From positions 30,320,001-30,384,000 of the forward strand of contig CM052816.1 of assembly GCA_028534125.1 (NCBI GenBank): 64,000 nucleotides of DNA. The letters run 5' to 3'. The notes below the pieces were generated by a model. The model had not been told where the DNA came from and ran no database searches. It was given only the letters and a program-made list of their open reading frames with translations. This DNA comes from Lama glama. Taxonomy: Eukaryota. The translations under genes and the position numbers were made by a program. Below are positions 63,901-64,000 of the stretch, in pieces; positions within the stretch are counted from its first letter, which is position 1; the number at the start of each line of letters is the position of its first letter.

Positions 63901-63971
63901 AAATGAATCATTATTCAGTACATCAGAAATTAACACAACACTGTAAACTGGCTATACTGCAGTTTAAAAAA
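63191..63971 (+). mobile_element. 5'-truncated L1 3' end, with a (GT)n array at 63853-63899
   Basis: ORF 63229..63450 reads [13 protein letters not shown]...[13 protein letters not shown]...DTCTPMFIA. 3'UTR ends in a short A-tract. Flanks aaaagtatactcta and aaaagcacactcca resemble a decayed TSD. Confidence 0.93.
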
Positions 63972-64000
63972 GCACACTCCAGTTTAGCTGGAGCATATAA

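Noticed and set aside
1..64000. CRISPR arrays, operons, tRNA/rRNA genes or miRNA hairpins
   Set aside because: The DNA is mammalian. I saw no repeat-spacer arrays or intact RNA genes, and the hairpins found are too short for pre-miRNAs.

Overview
This is AT-rich, CpG-depleted mammalian (placental) genomic DNA. I found no recognisable protein-coding exon, tRNA, rRNA or CRISPR array, and the listed ORFs appear to be repeat-derived or chance ORFs. The youngest L1 3' ends look artiodactyl-type, and I saw no Alu, Bov-tA/BovB, PRE-1 or SINEC elements, so a camelid genome is my best guess (inference). Roughly half the window is transposon debris: L1, L2, MIR, MaLR/ERVL LTRs, hAT DNA transposons and an ERVL provirus remnant with readable integrase motifs. 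Most interesting: (1) a young CpG-rich ERV-K/betaretrovirus-type LTR element with a perfect 6-bp TSD, split by a 100-N gap that could hide a full provirus; (2) an intact 414-bp solo LTR of a family I do not recognise, with a 5-bp TSD; (3) a GC-rich probable retrocopy inserted in a Zaphod-like DNA transposon; (4) several repeat-free, CpG-retaining motif clusters that look like enhancers; (5) a strong minus-strand bias of L1/LTR insertions, suggesting an intron of a large plus-strand gene. I found no convincing novel multi-gene system. Repeat family names come from remembered consensus sequences and need RepeatMasker/Dfam confirmation. Boundaries of old repeats are approximate.
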